DNA of 64,000 nucleotides from Candidatus Altimarinota bacterium (GCA_041242255.1 JBESAV010000001.1:384001-448000), one strand, 5' to 3'; numbered from the stretch's first letter, positions 40,352-50,325 are shown. Notes: generated by a model from the sequence alone, not told the origin. Numbers and translations are program-made.

Positions 40352-41611
40352 CTATTCTTGGTTAGATTGAATTTCTTGATTTAGTATATCATCAACAAGC
40401 TTCATAAACTCATTTTCCGGATAATATCCCAATATCACACCATATGAAGTATTTGGAGCTTGGTTTATAAAGAAAGCCGGAGCACCAATTACTCCTAAAG
40501 TATTTATATCATTTCTATGAGACTGAACTAGATCAGCAAATTCTTGATTATCAGCATCATAACAGTCGAAGAAATCAGTATAACCAACTCCAGCTCTAGG
40601 TACATAGCTATTCAGCAGACCTCTAAATCTATCAACAGACGAGTCAGATATATTACTATAATTATCTTTAAGCACTTCAAACATCGAATCAAATCTGTCT
40701 AAATCAGCTGCACATTCAAGTGCTTTTGCCACACTTACATCGGTTTCATTTCTAAAGAAATATTTATAATAGACAGCTGCATCTTCGTAAGCTTCGCTAA
40801 CTTTTATAAGCTCGTCTACAGAGTTAACAGACTGTTCTGAAGAAAGACTCAAGAAAGCTACAATCTCAATTTCACTTTCTGGGTTACCATATAGAAGTTT
40901 AGCATTATCAGTATTGATTTCATTTAAAGTTCTATATGGAAGTACTTGTAGTAAATATTCTTCATCAGATCTAGAAATAAACTTATCTTTTATCTCTTCA
41001 AAGTTTCCAAGCTTTTCAATCGTATCATTAAAAGCAAAAGTAGGTAGTAAGTTAACTCCAAGCTGCTCAGTTCGAGAAGCAAATTTCGGATCAGATATAT
41101 CGACCATTTCAATGTCAACTAGGGGAGTTACGGTCTTTTTAATCTGATTTAGATAAGGATCAATCTCACATTCAGGACGTTTACAACTTTGATCATAAAA
41201 AACCTGCACATCAACCAGCGGATGATTGTAAACTACGTAGGTCTTACCATTTTTTTCTAATATAGTTGGATCATTTGGGTTCTCTAAGCTTCTATTTTCT
41301 ACCTCCATCAAGCTTACCAAGAAATTAATATTTCTATTGAAAGTAGGATTCAACCTATATAAAAAGTAAAAACTAACTAAAATCAAAACAGTTAGCCCAA
41401 CCAAAACAACTGGTTGGATACCCTTTGCTCTAAATAGGCGCTTATTGTTAGCTCTACTTGGTTCATTAGCTTTTTTGGCTAATCCCAAAAGTTTAATCAG
41501 CTCTTCCTTTGATTGTTTTTCATTTGGCTCAATTCCTTCTTTTCTAAGCATTCGTATAATCTCTTTCTTCTTCATTCTCAATAGTCCTTTGTTCAAATTT
41601 TGACTATTCAT
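40352..41611 (-). CDS. Membrane-anchored double thioredoxin/DsbA-fold protein with degenerate active site
   Basis: TM at about aa 68-85; CKRPEC; DsbA-like C-domain GNPESEIEIVAFLSLSSEQS...GVIGAPAFFIN. Confidence 0.7.
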   Translation of the reverse strand: MNSQNLNKGLLRMKKKEIIRMLRKEGIEPNEKQSKEELIKLLGLAKKANEPSRANNKRLFRAKGIQPVVLVGLTVLILVSFYFLYRLNPTFNRNINFLVSLMEVENRSLENPNDPTILEKNGKTYVVYNHPLVDVQVFYDQSCKRPECEIDPYLNQIKKTVTPLVDIEMVDISDPKFASRTEQLGVNLLPTFAFNDTIEKLGNFEEIKDKFISRSDEEYLLQVLPYRTLNEINTDNAKLLYGNPESEIEIVAFLSLSSEQSVNSVDELIKVSEAYEDAAVYYKYFFRNETDVSVAKALECAADLDRFDSMFEVLKDNYSNISDSSVDRFRGLLNSYVPRAGVGYTDFFDCYDADNQEFADLVQSHRNDINTLGVIGAPAFFINQAPNTSYGVILGYYPENEFMKLVDDILNQEIQSNQE

Positions 41612-41683
41612 AAATAACGTTATTCTTAAACACCAAAGACTATACCACTAATTTTTCATCATTGAAAGACCAGCAAGCTCTAT

Positions 41684-43000
41684 CTAAAGTAGTTCTCCTG
41701 GAGAATACTTGTCAAGATTCTCTTCTCCAATTCTTTTTACCATTTCAGGAATAACCATGTCTAAAGGAACCTTCTTCTGAGTACCCTTTTTCATCTCCCT
41801 AATAATAGCTACACCCTCTCTAACTTCAGTAATTCCAATCAAAATCATATAAGGAGCTTTGAAGGAAGTAGCCATAGCAATCTGGTCTTTCATACTTGAT
41901 TCACCGATTGCACCAATTGCTTTAATACCTTCATCATGCATTTCAGTTAAAAGTTTAAGACACTTCACTTTAGCTTTTTTACCAAGCTGAGCTACAAATA
42001 CGTGCAAATCATCTTTAGAAGGGGCTTTAACTTTTTTGATCTTCATTTGCGCAACGGTTCTTTCTACCCCTCCAACATAATGCACAGCCGGAACAGGCTT
42101 TTCTCCAAGTCTTTCGATCAAGTTATCATAGCGTCCACCTCCACCAACTGCTCTCTTTCTACCTCTATTCTTTTCCCAAAACTCAAAAATAACTCCAGAA
42201 TAATAAGGTAATCTTCTGAACATTTTATGATCAACAGTGTACTCGATTCCAAGCTCATCTAAATACTCCTTCAAATCTTCAAAATACTTCTTCGACTCAT
42301 CAGACCAATAGTCTTCGATACTAGGAGCCATTTCACATAAAATTTTCAGATCTTCGTCTTCTATCAAAAATAGTTGTAATGGATCCCTATCAATAAGATC
42401 AACATAATCAAATGGAACTGCTCTCTCTTTACCTTTAAAGAAATCTTTCAAAGCCATGATGTATTCTTCCTTAGATTCCATATCACCATAACTATTAATC
42501 ACTAGATCCAATCTATCTTCAATTTTTAGATCTTTATTGATGCGGTCTGCCAAATATATAACTTGAGCATCCAAAGCTGCATCACTTTGTCCAATTACCT
42601 CCATCCCAAACTGATGAAAGTGTCTGTAATAACCAGATTTAACATCTGTGTACCTAGCTTGTTGCTCGATATGATAGAGAGATATTGGTTGAGGCATTTC
42701 ATCAAATTCATGCTCAACATATGCTCTTGCAATACCAATTGTATTTCCAGCTCTTAGCGTCAGATCTTCACCTTCAGGATCACGTAATGAGTACATTCTT
42801 CTTTCAACCTGGTCAGCCTCCTCAGCCAAAGCTTTCTTAACAACCTCTGTTTTCTCAAACATTGGGGTAGAAATACGCTTAAAACCAGCTTGTCTACATC
42901 TATGCCTCACAACCTTCTTAAGAAAAGTCAAATAATCATGATCTTTTGGCAGAACATCATTCATTCCTTTAGGAGATAGCGATTTGGCATTATTTGACAT
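41684..43000 (-). CDS. hisS: Histidyl-tRNA synthetase family protein with divergent motifs
   Basis: PKGMND, STPMFE, FHQFGME, GGGGRYDNL, GVER and C-terminal anticodon-binding domain; several catalytic motifs are altered. Confidence 0.75.
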   Translation of the reverse strand: MSNNAKSLSPKGMNDVLPKDHDYLTFLKKVVRHRCRQAGFKRISTPMFEKTEVVKKALAEEADQVERRMYSLRDPEGEDLTLRAGNTIGIARAYVEHEFDEMPQPISLYHIEQQARYTDVKSGYYRHFHQFGMEVIGQSDAALDAQVIYLADRINKDLKIEDRLDLVINSYGDMESKEEYIMALKDFFKGKERAVPFDYVDLIDRDPLQLFLIEDEDLKILCEMAPSIEDYWSDESKKYFEDLKEYLDELGIEYTVDHKMFRRLPYYSGVIFEFWEKNRGRKRAVGGGGRYDNLIERLGEKPVPAVHYVGGVERTVAQMKIKKVKAPSKDDLHVFVAQLGKKAKVKCLKLLTEMHDEGIKAIGAIGESSMKDQIAMATSFKAPYMILIGITEVREGVAIIREMKKGTQKKVPLDMVIPEMVKRIGEENLDKYSPGELL

Positions 43001-43157
43001 AGAAGAATTTATATAATTTACACCTAGTATATGGCTTATTGTAAAGAAAATCAAATCAACTTTACTTCAATACTAAAATCAGGCTAGATGAGTCAAAGTA
43101 GAAACCTACAAAATAAAATCAAATATGTAAAGCTAGGTATTTTTACTTATTCTAAAG

Positions 43158-44186
43158 CTAAAAGTCCCATTCCAACAATGCCTCCACTGGGTCTCCAGGA
43201 TTTATCCATTTAGATTCATCCACAAATCTAGCAGCGCCTCCAATCATAGCTGCATTGTCAGTACAGTATCCAAAACTCAAAGGGAATCTAAATTTAAACC
43301 TTCCACTAATAGCTTCCTCAAATTGCCTTCGCAACTCTTTATTAGCCGACACTCCACCAACCAAGTGGATCTCTTTAACCCCAAACTCTTCAGCTGCTTT
43401 TACTGTTTTATCCACTAAGTTGTTATTAATAGTCCATTGGAAACTTGCAGCTACATCTGCCACATCACTTTCAGACATTTCTTCTAACCCACCTAATTCT
43501 TCAACCAAATACTTAACGTTAGTCTTCAAACCAGAAAAACTAAAGTTAAAAGGCTGATCTCGAAGAGGGTAGGGAAGGTCAAATCTCCTAGAGTCACCTT
43601 CTAAAGCAACTCTAGAAATCTCCGGTCCACCTGGATACTCAAGACCTAGAGTTTTAGCAACTTTATCGTAGGCTTCACCCGCTGCATCATCCAGTGTTTG
43701 ACCTAGTTTTTCAATATCATCCCAATCACGAACTAAATACAAATCATTATGTCCCCCAGAAACTGAAAGCACCACAATCGGAAATTCAAATTCATCCAGG
43801 CTTCGATCCAATGTACAGCTCAATATATGACCTTTGATATGATTGGTCGGAATCAGCTTTTTCTCATGAAGAAAACTCTGAACCCCCATAAAGGTGGTCC
43901 CACAAACTAAAGCAGTCAAAAGCCCAGGTCCTTGCGTCACGGCAAAATAATCAATCTCATCAAGCTTCACCCCAGCCTCAGCCAGAGCTTTATCAAACAC
44001 CAATTGTAGTTTTCCCACATGCTTTCGGGCCGCTACCTCCGGCACAACCCCTGCCGTCTTCTTATGAGTTTCAATCTGAGAAGCAATCACGTTACTCAAA
44101 ACCTTACCATCTCCTCGCACAACTGCTGCGGCAGTCTCATCACATGAACTCTCGAGTGCTAATACTAATGCTTTTGAATCAATCAC
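43158..44186 (-). CDS. tsaD: tRNA N6-threonylcarbamoyltransferase TsaD
   Basis: ESSCDET, VVPEVAARKH, GPGL, SGGH, DDAAGEAYDK, FSFSGLKT, CTDNAAMI. Confidence 0.96.
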   Translation of the reverse strand: MIDSKALVLALESSCDETAAAVVRGDGKVLSNVIASQIETHKKTAGVVPEVAARKHVGKLQLVFDKALAEAGVKLDEIDYFAVTQGPGLLTALVCGTTFMGVQSFLHEKKLIPTNHIKGHILSCTLDRSLDEFEFPIVVLSVSGGHNDLYLVRDWDDIEKLGQTLDDAAGEAYDKVAKTLGLEYPGGPEISRVALEGDSRRFDLPYPLRDQPFNFSFSGLKTNVKYLVEELGGLEEMSESDVADVAASFQWTINNNLVDKTVKAAEEFGVKEIHLVGGVSANKELRRQFEEAISGRFKFRFPLSFGYCTDNAAMIGGAARFVDESKWINPGDPVEALLEWDF

Positions 44187-44271
44187 AATTACTCCTAAAT
44201 TTTATACCAATTATATTGTATAATTATAAGAGAACAAATATTTCTTTTCTAAAAGCCCAATAAACCCTCAA

Positions 44272-45579
44272 ATGTCCAAAGTAACCTCCTACAAAGTAAT
44301 CGAAACTCTCCAATCCAAAGGATATCAAGCTCTATATGCCGGAGGTTGTGTTCGCGACATGCTTTTAGGTATTAAGCCAAAAGACTTCGACATTGTTACA
44401 AATGCACTCCCAGATGATGTTGAAGATATCTTCCCTAAGACAATCCCAATAGGAAAAGAATTCGGTATAATCATGGCTATAGTTGATGACCACGAGTTCG
44501 AAATCGCCACATTCCGTAAAGATTCTGATTCCTCTGATGGAAGAAGGCCCGATGAGGTTATGTTCACCGAGGCCAAAGAAGATGCCCAGAGAAGAGACTT
44601 CACCATAAACGGAATTTTCATGGATCCAGTCACAACTGAGATCCTAGATTTCGTCGGTGGAAAAGAAGATCTTGATATGAAAGTTGTTAGATTTATTGGA
44701 GATCCATCTACTCGGATCCAAGAAGACCATCTTCGTATGCTTAGAGCAGTAAGATTCAAAAATAACCTAGATTTCCAATATCATCCAGAAACATTCCAGG
44801 CTATCAAGCAACATTCCCATCTTATCCTCGACATATCCCAAGAACGAATCCAACAGGAGTTAGTCAAAATGCTCCGCGACAAAAACCGCCATCAATCCAT
44901 CAAAGACCTAGAAGACCTCGGTTTACTAGAACACATATTACCAGAAATCCAAGCAATGAAAGGAATCGGCCAACCACCAGAGTTTCATAAAGAAGGGGAT
45001 ACGTTCGATCATACAATGCTCTGTCTCCAAAAAATGCCTGAAGGTTTAAACGATTCTCTCTACTGGGCAGTTATGTTCCACGATTGTGGAAAAGCTGACA
45101 CATTTGACTATAACGATGGACGAATAACTTTCTACGACCACGCCTCAGTTTCTGGAGACCATGCTCGCAACCGACTCCGCATACTAAAATTCTCGAAGAG
45201 ATTCATCGATCATGTAGCCTGGCTTTGCGATCATCACATGACTTTATTCCAGATCTTTGATCTCAAAAAAGAAACCCGCATCAAGTGGTACCGCAAAGAA
45301 TGGTTCTTAGATCTTCTCGAAGTCCACAAGTACGACGTTCTCGGAACAATCCCTTCTGATCTTTCCAACTACCACAAAATCGAAAAAATGTACGACGAAG
45401 AAACCTCCCACCTCCCACCAGAACTCCCAAAACTAATATCCGGAAAAGACATCATGCAAATCCTCCAAATCGAACCAGGCCCAAAAGTCCAAGAAGTCCT
45501 AGATAAAATCCATGAGCAACAGCTCCTCGGAAAACTCAAAACAAAGCAAGAAGCTATAAGTTTTTTAAGTAAATTGTAA
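44272..45579 (+). CDS. cca: CCA tRNA nucleotidyltransferase with HD domain
   Basis: GGCVRD, DFDIVT, EIATFR, DAQRRDFTIN, EDHLRMLRAVRF, FHDCGK. Confidence 0.88.
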   Translation: MSKVTSYKVIETLQSKGYQALYAGGCVRDMLLGIKPKDFDIVTNALPDDVEDIFPKTIPIGKEFGIIMAIVDDHEFEIATFRKDSDSSDGRRPDEVMFTEAKEDAQRRDFTINGIFMDPVTTEILDFVGGKEDLDMKVVRFIGDPSTRIQEDHLRMLRAVRFKNNLDFQYHPETFQAIKQHSHLILDISQERIQQELVKMLRDKNRHQSIKDLEDLGLLEHILPEIQAMKGIGQPPEFHKEGDTFDHTMLCLQKMPEGLNDSLYWAVMFHDCGKADTFDYNDGRITFYDHASVSGDHARNRLRILKFSKRFIDHVAWLCDHHMTLFQIFDLKKETRIKWYRKEWFLDLLEVHKYDVLGTIPSDLSNYHKIEKMYDEETSHLPPELPKLISGKDIMQILQIEPGPKVQEVLDKIHEQQLLGKLKTKQEAISFLSKL

Positions 45580-45582
45580 GAC

Positions 45583-46041
45583 TCAATAGTCATAACTTTT
45601 CCCACTCAAAATAGCGAAAGCCCTATACACCTGCTCCAAAAGCAAAACCCTCACAAACTCATGCGTAAAAGTCATCTTTCCAAATGACACTCTTTTATCG
45701 TACCTTTCTTTGAATTCTTCACTAAAACCATAAGGCCCTCCAATCACAAAACAAATCTTCCCACCATCATAGTTCCTCACACGCCCCAAATATTGAGCAA
45801 ACTTTTTACTAGAAAATTCATCTCCCACCGCATCCATCACAACTCGTATATATCCTTCAGGTAAAGCCTTAAGTACGCTCTCTTCATCCTCAGCAATACG
45901 ACGATCTATATCTTTAACTTTAGACTCTTTCACCTCTACGATAGACACATTCCATTTATTAAGTTGAATCATATATTTTTCAACCAACTCTTTGAATGGT
46001 TTATGTTTTAATTTTCCAACGCAAATCACCTTTATATACAC
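45583..46041 (-). CDS. rlmH: 23S rRNA pseudouridine-1915 methyltransferase RlmH
   Basis: IKVICVGKLK, FVIGGPYGF, MTFTHEFVRVLLLEQVYRA; likely GTG start at 46041. Confidence 0.93.
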   Translation of the reverse strand: MYIKVICVGKLKHKPFKELVEKYMIQLNKWNVSIVEVKESKVKDIDRRIAEDEESVLKALPEGYIRVVMDAVGDEFSSKKFAQYLGRVRNYDGGKICFVIGGPYGFSEEFKERYDKRVSFGKMTFTHEFVRVLLLEQVYRAFAILSGKSYDY

Positions 46042-46081
46042 CTGAAAACGCTTTAATATCGCCCCAACATTAACAGAACCT

Positions 46082-47530
46082 ATGAAATTAAAAAAGGGAA
46101 CCCAACTCCAACTCCAAGTAACCAGTCTCAACATGAAAGGAAAGGGGATTGCCAAGCACACCATTTCAAACCCACACTTCAAAGAAAACTCATCTGATTA
46201 TTACAATTCCCAAAAAGAATTAACCTACAACATAGCCATCGATGGACTATACCCAGGCGATGAAGCTTTAGTCGAGATCTACAAATCCAAAAAACTTTAT
46301 TCAGAAGCAAAAGTCATTGAACTCATCAAAGAATCCCCAGACCGAGTAAAACCCAAAAACAATTACGCCAACATCTCTGGTGCCACTCCACTCGAATGCC
46401 TGGATTACTCAAAACAACTTGAATATAAAGAAAATGAAGTTCACCGCATCCTTCAAAACATCTTAAACAAACCAGCCAAAACCCAGATCAACCCAATCCT
46501 AGGAATGCAAGATCCATGGTTTTACCGAAACAAAATGCAATACTCCTTCGGACACACCGAAGATATGCAGCCAACTCTTGGTCTACACGTAAAAAGAAGA
46601 AGGTACGACATAGTTCCTGTTACGGATTGCTATCTCCACGAAGAAAATATCAATCAGATCCTAAACTTCTTCCAAGAAAAAGCTTTCCAGTCACCATATG
46701 ACTTCACTCCTTATCAACACTCCAAAAATGAAGGCGACCTCAGAAACCTAACCACAAAGTCCAATAAACTCCATCCAGAAAAGCAAAACATGATCATCCT
46801 AGAGATATCTCAAAACGCTGATCTACAAAAAGCCAAACAACTCATGCAAGAGTTCATTGAACAATTCCCAGAAATAACTTCGACTTATATCGATCAAATC
46901 CACGTCCAAAAAGGCCAAAGGACAACTTCCACCCTGCACCACCTCCATGGAGAAGCTCACATAAAAGAAACTCTTAAAGTAGAAGACCAAACCCTCACTT
47001 TCAACATTGGTCCCCACACTTTCTTCCAACCAAATCCATCCCAAGCCCAAAAGATTTACAGTCTAGCTGCCCAAGAAGTCCCAGATCAGAAAGACCAAGT
47101 TATTTACGATCTTTTCTCAGGAACTGGAACACTAGGTCTCTCTGTAGCACATAGAGCTAACCACATTTACGGAATCGACATCGAAGAAACTTCTATCCAG
47201 TCAGCTCACCAAAACCAAGAGCAAAACAATATCCAAAACGCCACTTACATCACTGGTGACGTCTTCAAAGATCTTCCCACTCAAAATTGGCCAAAACCTG
47301 ACATCATAATCGTAGACCCACCACGAAGCGGAATGCATGAGAAAACCGTTGAATTCATAGACCAGCTCAATCCACAAAAAGTTGTCTATGTTTCCTGCAA
47401 CATCAAGACCTTCGCTCAAAACCTTCAGCAATTCCAGGCCCTAGGTTGGAATTTGCAAAAAATAACTCCAGTCGATCAATTCCCACACACTCGACATTTA
47501 GAGATCGTATCTGTAATATCAAAACAATAA
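46082..47530 (+). CDS. rlmD: 23S rRNA (uracil-5)-methyltransferase RlmD/TrmA family
   Basis: TRAM domain, YRNKMQY, FFQPN, DLFSGTG, VDPPRSG, YVSCN, DQFPHTRHLE. Confidence 0.9.
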   Translation: MKLKKGTQLQLQVTSLNMKGKGIAKHTISNPHFKENSSDYYNSQKELTYNIAIDGLYPGDEALVEIYKSKKLYSEAKVIELIKESPDRVKPKNNYANISGATPLECLDYSKQLEYKENEVHRILQNILNKPAKTQINPILGMQDPWFYRNKMQYSFGHTEDMQPTLGLHVKRRRYDIVPVTDCYLHEENINQILNFFQEKAFQSPYDFTPYQHSKNEGDLRNLTTKSNKLHPEKQNMIILEISQNADLQKAKQLMQEFIEQFPEITSTYIDQIHVQKGQRTTSTLHHLHGEAHIKETLKVEDQTLTFNIGPHTFFQPNPSQAQKIYSLAAQEVPDQKDQVIYDLFSGTGTLGLSVAHRANHIYGIDIEETSIQSAHQNQEQNNIQNATYITGDVFKDLPTQNWPKPDIIIVDPPRSGMHEKTVEFIDQLNPQKVVYVSCNIKTFAQNLQQFQALGWNLQKITPVDQFPHTRHLEIVSVISKQ

Positions 47531-47549
47531 TTTTTAACCACTCCAAAAA

Positions 47550-48950
47550 GTGAAAAAAATAATTTTATTATCTTTAGCTATTGGTCTGCTTGCCGCTCCA
47601 ATTGCTAATGCAAATTCAACCGAGGTCTACTTTACAGATCTTGATACAGACCACCCTCAATACAATGAGATTCAATGGTTAGCCAGAAGTGGAATCATCC
47701 AAGGTTACCCAGATGGATCTTTTCGTGCTGAGGAATGCGTAAACAGAGCTGAATTCCTTAAGCTTCTGTACTTAACAACAGAAATGGACGCAGTACAAAG
47801 AGTTGAAAATCCATTCCCAGATGTAAATGAAAATGCATGGTACGGAAATTATGTCTTAGCAGCCTACCAAGACGGAGTTGTTTCAGGATATGGAGACGGA
47901 ACTTTTCAGCCAGAAAGTTGTGTTACTAAACCAGAAGTACTAAAAATGGCTTCTGAAGCATATTACACAGACGAAGACATCAACGTACCTTTAAACACTG
48001 ATGATCCAATGCCTAACGGAGTAACTCAAGACGCTTGGTTCTTCAAATATTATAATTTTGCTATGCCAAAAAACTTAGCAGTATATGATGAAGAGTTTAC
48101 AGAGCTTTACCCAATTACTTTCCAAGGTGCTACTAGAGGCGATGTAGCCGAAACTTTATGGAGGTTCCAAGCTTTGCAGGATAATAATCAAGCAGTGTTT
48201 AGTTCTCAGACATCTGCCCCACAGGAAATCTTCCAGCAGTATCAAGGAGTAGATGAAATGTTAAGCTTCTATTTTCCAGCAGACTGGGAGATAACTGCAG
48301 ATTACTTCTACGAAACAGCAGGTGGAGCAGTATCAGAAAAAGCAACTATAGAGCTTATGACTCCAATTGGAGATGAAGTTATCATAAACGGTAGAATGAT
48401 TCAGTGTGGAGCACTAGAAGATTTCGAGGCTAGATGTTACGAGACTAAATTAGGTTATCTAATTGCAACATTCTCTCCATCTGGAGATATATTTGATGGA
48501 ATACATAAAATCAAAGAAACACTTACCTATGAGTCTCCTGAGTTTCAAGATGAACCTCTTGTTAGATATGAATGGGAAGAACAAGGTTTAAGTTTAAACA
48601 TTCCAAAGTCGTACTACATACAAGGTTTCAGTTCCAATAGCTTCCGCCTATCAGAGGAAGTTAAACCAGTAGAATCTGATTCAATAGTATTTTTGACAAG
48701 AGTAAGTGTTATTAATCAGTCAATTGAAGAGCATTTAGCAGAAGTTCAAGAAAATACAGAAATCGAAATCTCACAAGATATGTACGGAGATAATTTTTAC
48801 ACTACATATTCTTATTACAGCGAGTTCGGAGGATTTACTCAGTATGTTCATTTGATGGAACTAGAAGAGGGAAGAACAGTACAAGTTTTCTCAGGTCCAA
48901 ACCAAGGAAAAATGTCAGCAGAAATTCTTCGCAGCCTTCAATCTAATTAG
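47550..48950 (+). CDS. SLH domain surface protein with two C-terminal PsbP-like modules
   Basis: Signal peptide; GIIQGYPDGSFR..VNRAEFLK, GVVSGYGDGTFQP, TRGD; LSFYFPADW and LSLNIPKSY. Confidence 0.85.
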   Translation: MKKIILLSLAIGLLAAPIANANSTEVYFTDLDTDHPQYNEIQWLARSGIIQGYPDGSFRAEECVNRAEFLKLLYLTTEMDAVQRVENPFPDVNENAWYGNYVLAAYQDGVVSGYGDGTFQPESCVTKPEVLKMASEAYYTDEDINVPLNTDDPMPNGVTQDAWFFKYYNFAMPKNLAVYDEEFTELYPITFQGATRGDVAETLWRFQALQDNNQAVFSSQTSAPQEIFQQYQGVDEMLSFYFPADWEITADYFYETAGGAVSEKATIELMTPIGDEVIINGRMIQCGALEDFEARCYETKLGYLIATFSPSGDIFDGIHKIKETLTYESPEFQDEPLVRYEWEEQGLSLNIPKSYYIQGFSSNSFRLSEEVKPVESDSIVFLTRVSVINQSIEEHLAEVQENTEIEISQDMYGDNFYTTYSYYSEFGGFTQYVHLMELEEGRTVQVFSGPNQGKMSAEILRSLQSN

Positions 48951-48960
48951 TCTTAGACTT

Positions 48961-48993
48961 AAAAGCCCACTCAAATCATAAGTGGGCTTTTTT
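48961..48993. terminator. Bidirectional intrinsic terminator
   Basis: AAAAGCCCACT-caaatcata-AGTGGGCTTTTTT between convergent genes. Confidence 0.8.
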
Positions 48994-49021
48994 AGTATTC
49001 ACATTAAGTTCATAGATTTAA

Positions 49022-50233
49022 TCAATCTAAAAAAGTAAACATTCCATTTTTATAAATTACCTCACTCGATCCATCTCTAAGCTGAGCAGTCACCACACGA
49101 TCAACAGTCGAAACTATATCCGTATGTACAGCACTTTCATTGAATCCAAGCTTATTCCAATCATCCTTACTCAAGTCTTTCATATCATCTCCAGTGTAAC
49201 TGTCCTTATAAGCCGAACCTAAGGCAATATGAGTATTTCCATATTCACCTCCATAATTCTCATCAAAAAGTGTATCAGCCATAAACCGATCAATTCTACT
49301 CAAGCGTTTATCAGTTAAACTAAATTCACCAACCTGATCAGCACCCTCAACCGCTATCATATCTTTCAACACTTGTTCATTCTTATGTGCTTTTGCACAA
49401 GTTACTTTACCATCTTCAAACTCCAAGCAAATACCTTCAATCAAATTTCCATATCTGTACAAAGGCTGATCAAACTTGATCCAACCCTCAGTTCCTCTAA
49501 AGTCAGGAGATATAAACACCTCAAACGAAGGTACATTATGTCCACTTCCTCCAAGCCATTTTCTCTTTTCACCTATCTTGACTTTTAGATCACAATTCTC
49601 ACTCTCAATATGTACACTTTCGATATCAAGCTTATTTAAGTACTGAATAACGTAATCAATCTTCGCAAAAGTATCTTTCCAAGCCGCAATAGGATCATCC
49701 AGATCCAAGTAACAAGCCTTAATTATTTGTTTCCAGTACTCTTCCAAAGTTAAACCAGCTTCAGCCGCCATCCCTTCAGTTCCATATCTGCACAGTGTCC
49801 AGAAAGCATCGCCTCTATCACATTTCTCAAATAAGGCTTCCTTGTAGAAACTCCCAGCCTTCAACCTTTTCATAATCTTACCAGAATCCATTCCTTGCAT
49901 CTCAAGCGGATCATACTCCGATAAAACCCTAATCCAATGAGTCACATCTTCAATTCTTCCAAGCATCGCACTTTTACTGTAGTACTCAAGTTGCTCATCC
50001 GAAGCAAGTTCATAAAAAGTTCGCCCAAGTCCTTCAGGATGAAGCCTTACAATAGGATTTGCTCCCGCTTTTAGAATGGCTTCATACATAAAAGGCAACA
50101 TTCGTCGACCACTTTCAGATATATCAAGCATTACAACTTCTCCTTTTTGAACACCTTTTCCACCCCAAGGAGCAAAATTAACCATTACATCCGCATACTT
50201 TTTTAGGATTTCATCCGTCAAAACTTGTTTCAT
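49022..50233 (-). CDS. Aminopeptidase, M29 family (AmpS/PepS)
   Basis: KYADVMV, NVPSFEVF, VGEFSL, LFDEN, HIALG, NESAVHTD. Confidence 0.92.
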   Translation of the reverse strand: MKQVLTDEILKKYADVMVNFAPWGGKGVQKGEVVMLDISESGRRMLPFMYEAILKAGANPIVRLHPEGLGRTFYELASDEQLEYYSKSAMLGRIEDVTHWIRVLSEYDPLEMQGMDSGKIMKRLKAGSFYKEALFEKCDRGDAFWTLCRYGTEGMAAEAGLTLEEYWKQIIKACYLDLDDPIAAWKDTFAKIDYVIQYLNKLDIESVHIESENCDLKVKIGEKRKWLGGSGHNVPSFEVFISPDFRGTEGWIKFDQPLYRYGNLIEGICLEFEDGKVTCAKAHKNEQVLKDMIAVEGADQVGEFSLTDKRLSRIDRFMADTLFDENYGGEYGNTHIALGSAYKDSYTGDDMKDLSKDDWNKLGFNESAVHTDIVSTVDRVVTAQLRDGSSEVIYKNGMFTFLD

Positions 50234-50325
50234 AATAAACTACATATTTAAATTCCCAGTCAATATAACTTATTTTCACCCAACTTAAAAAGAGCTAATA
50301 TATAACAAACTTAATTCAAAAAATA

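Noticed and set aside
46042-46182. Apparent head-to-head overlaps rlmH/rlmD (also HIT/ybaK, xer/nrdR, GT4/nadK)
   Set aside because: Artefacts of longest-ORF calling; homology begins at downstream starts (46041, 11455, 37203, 61286/61335)
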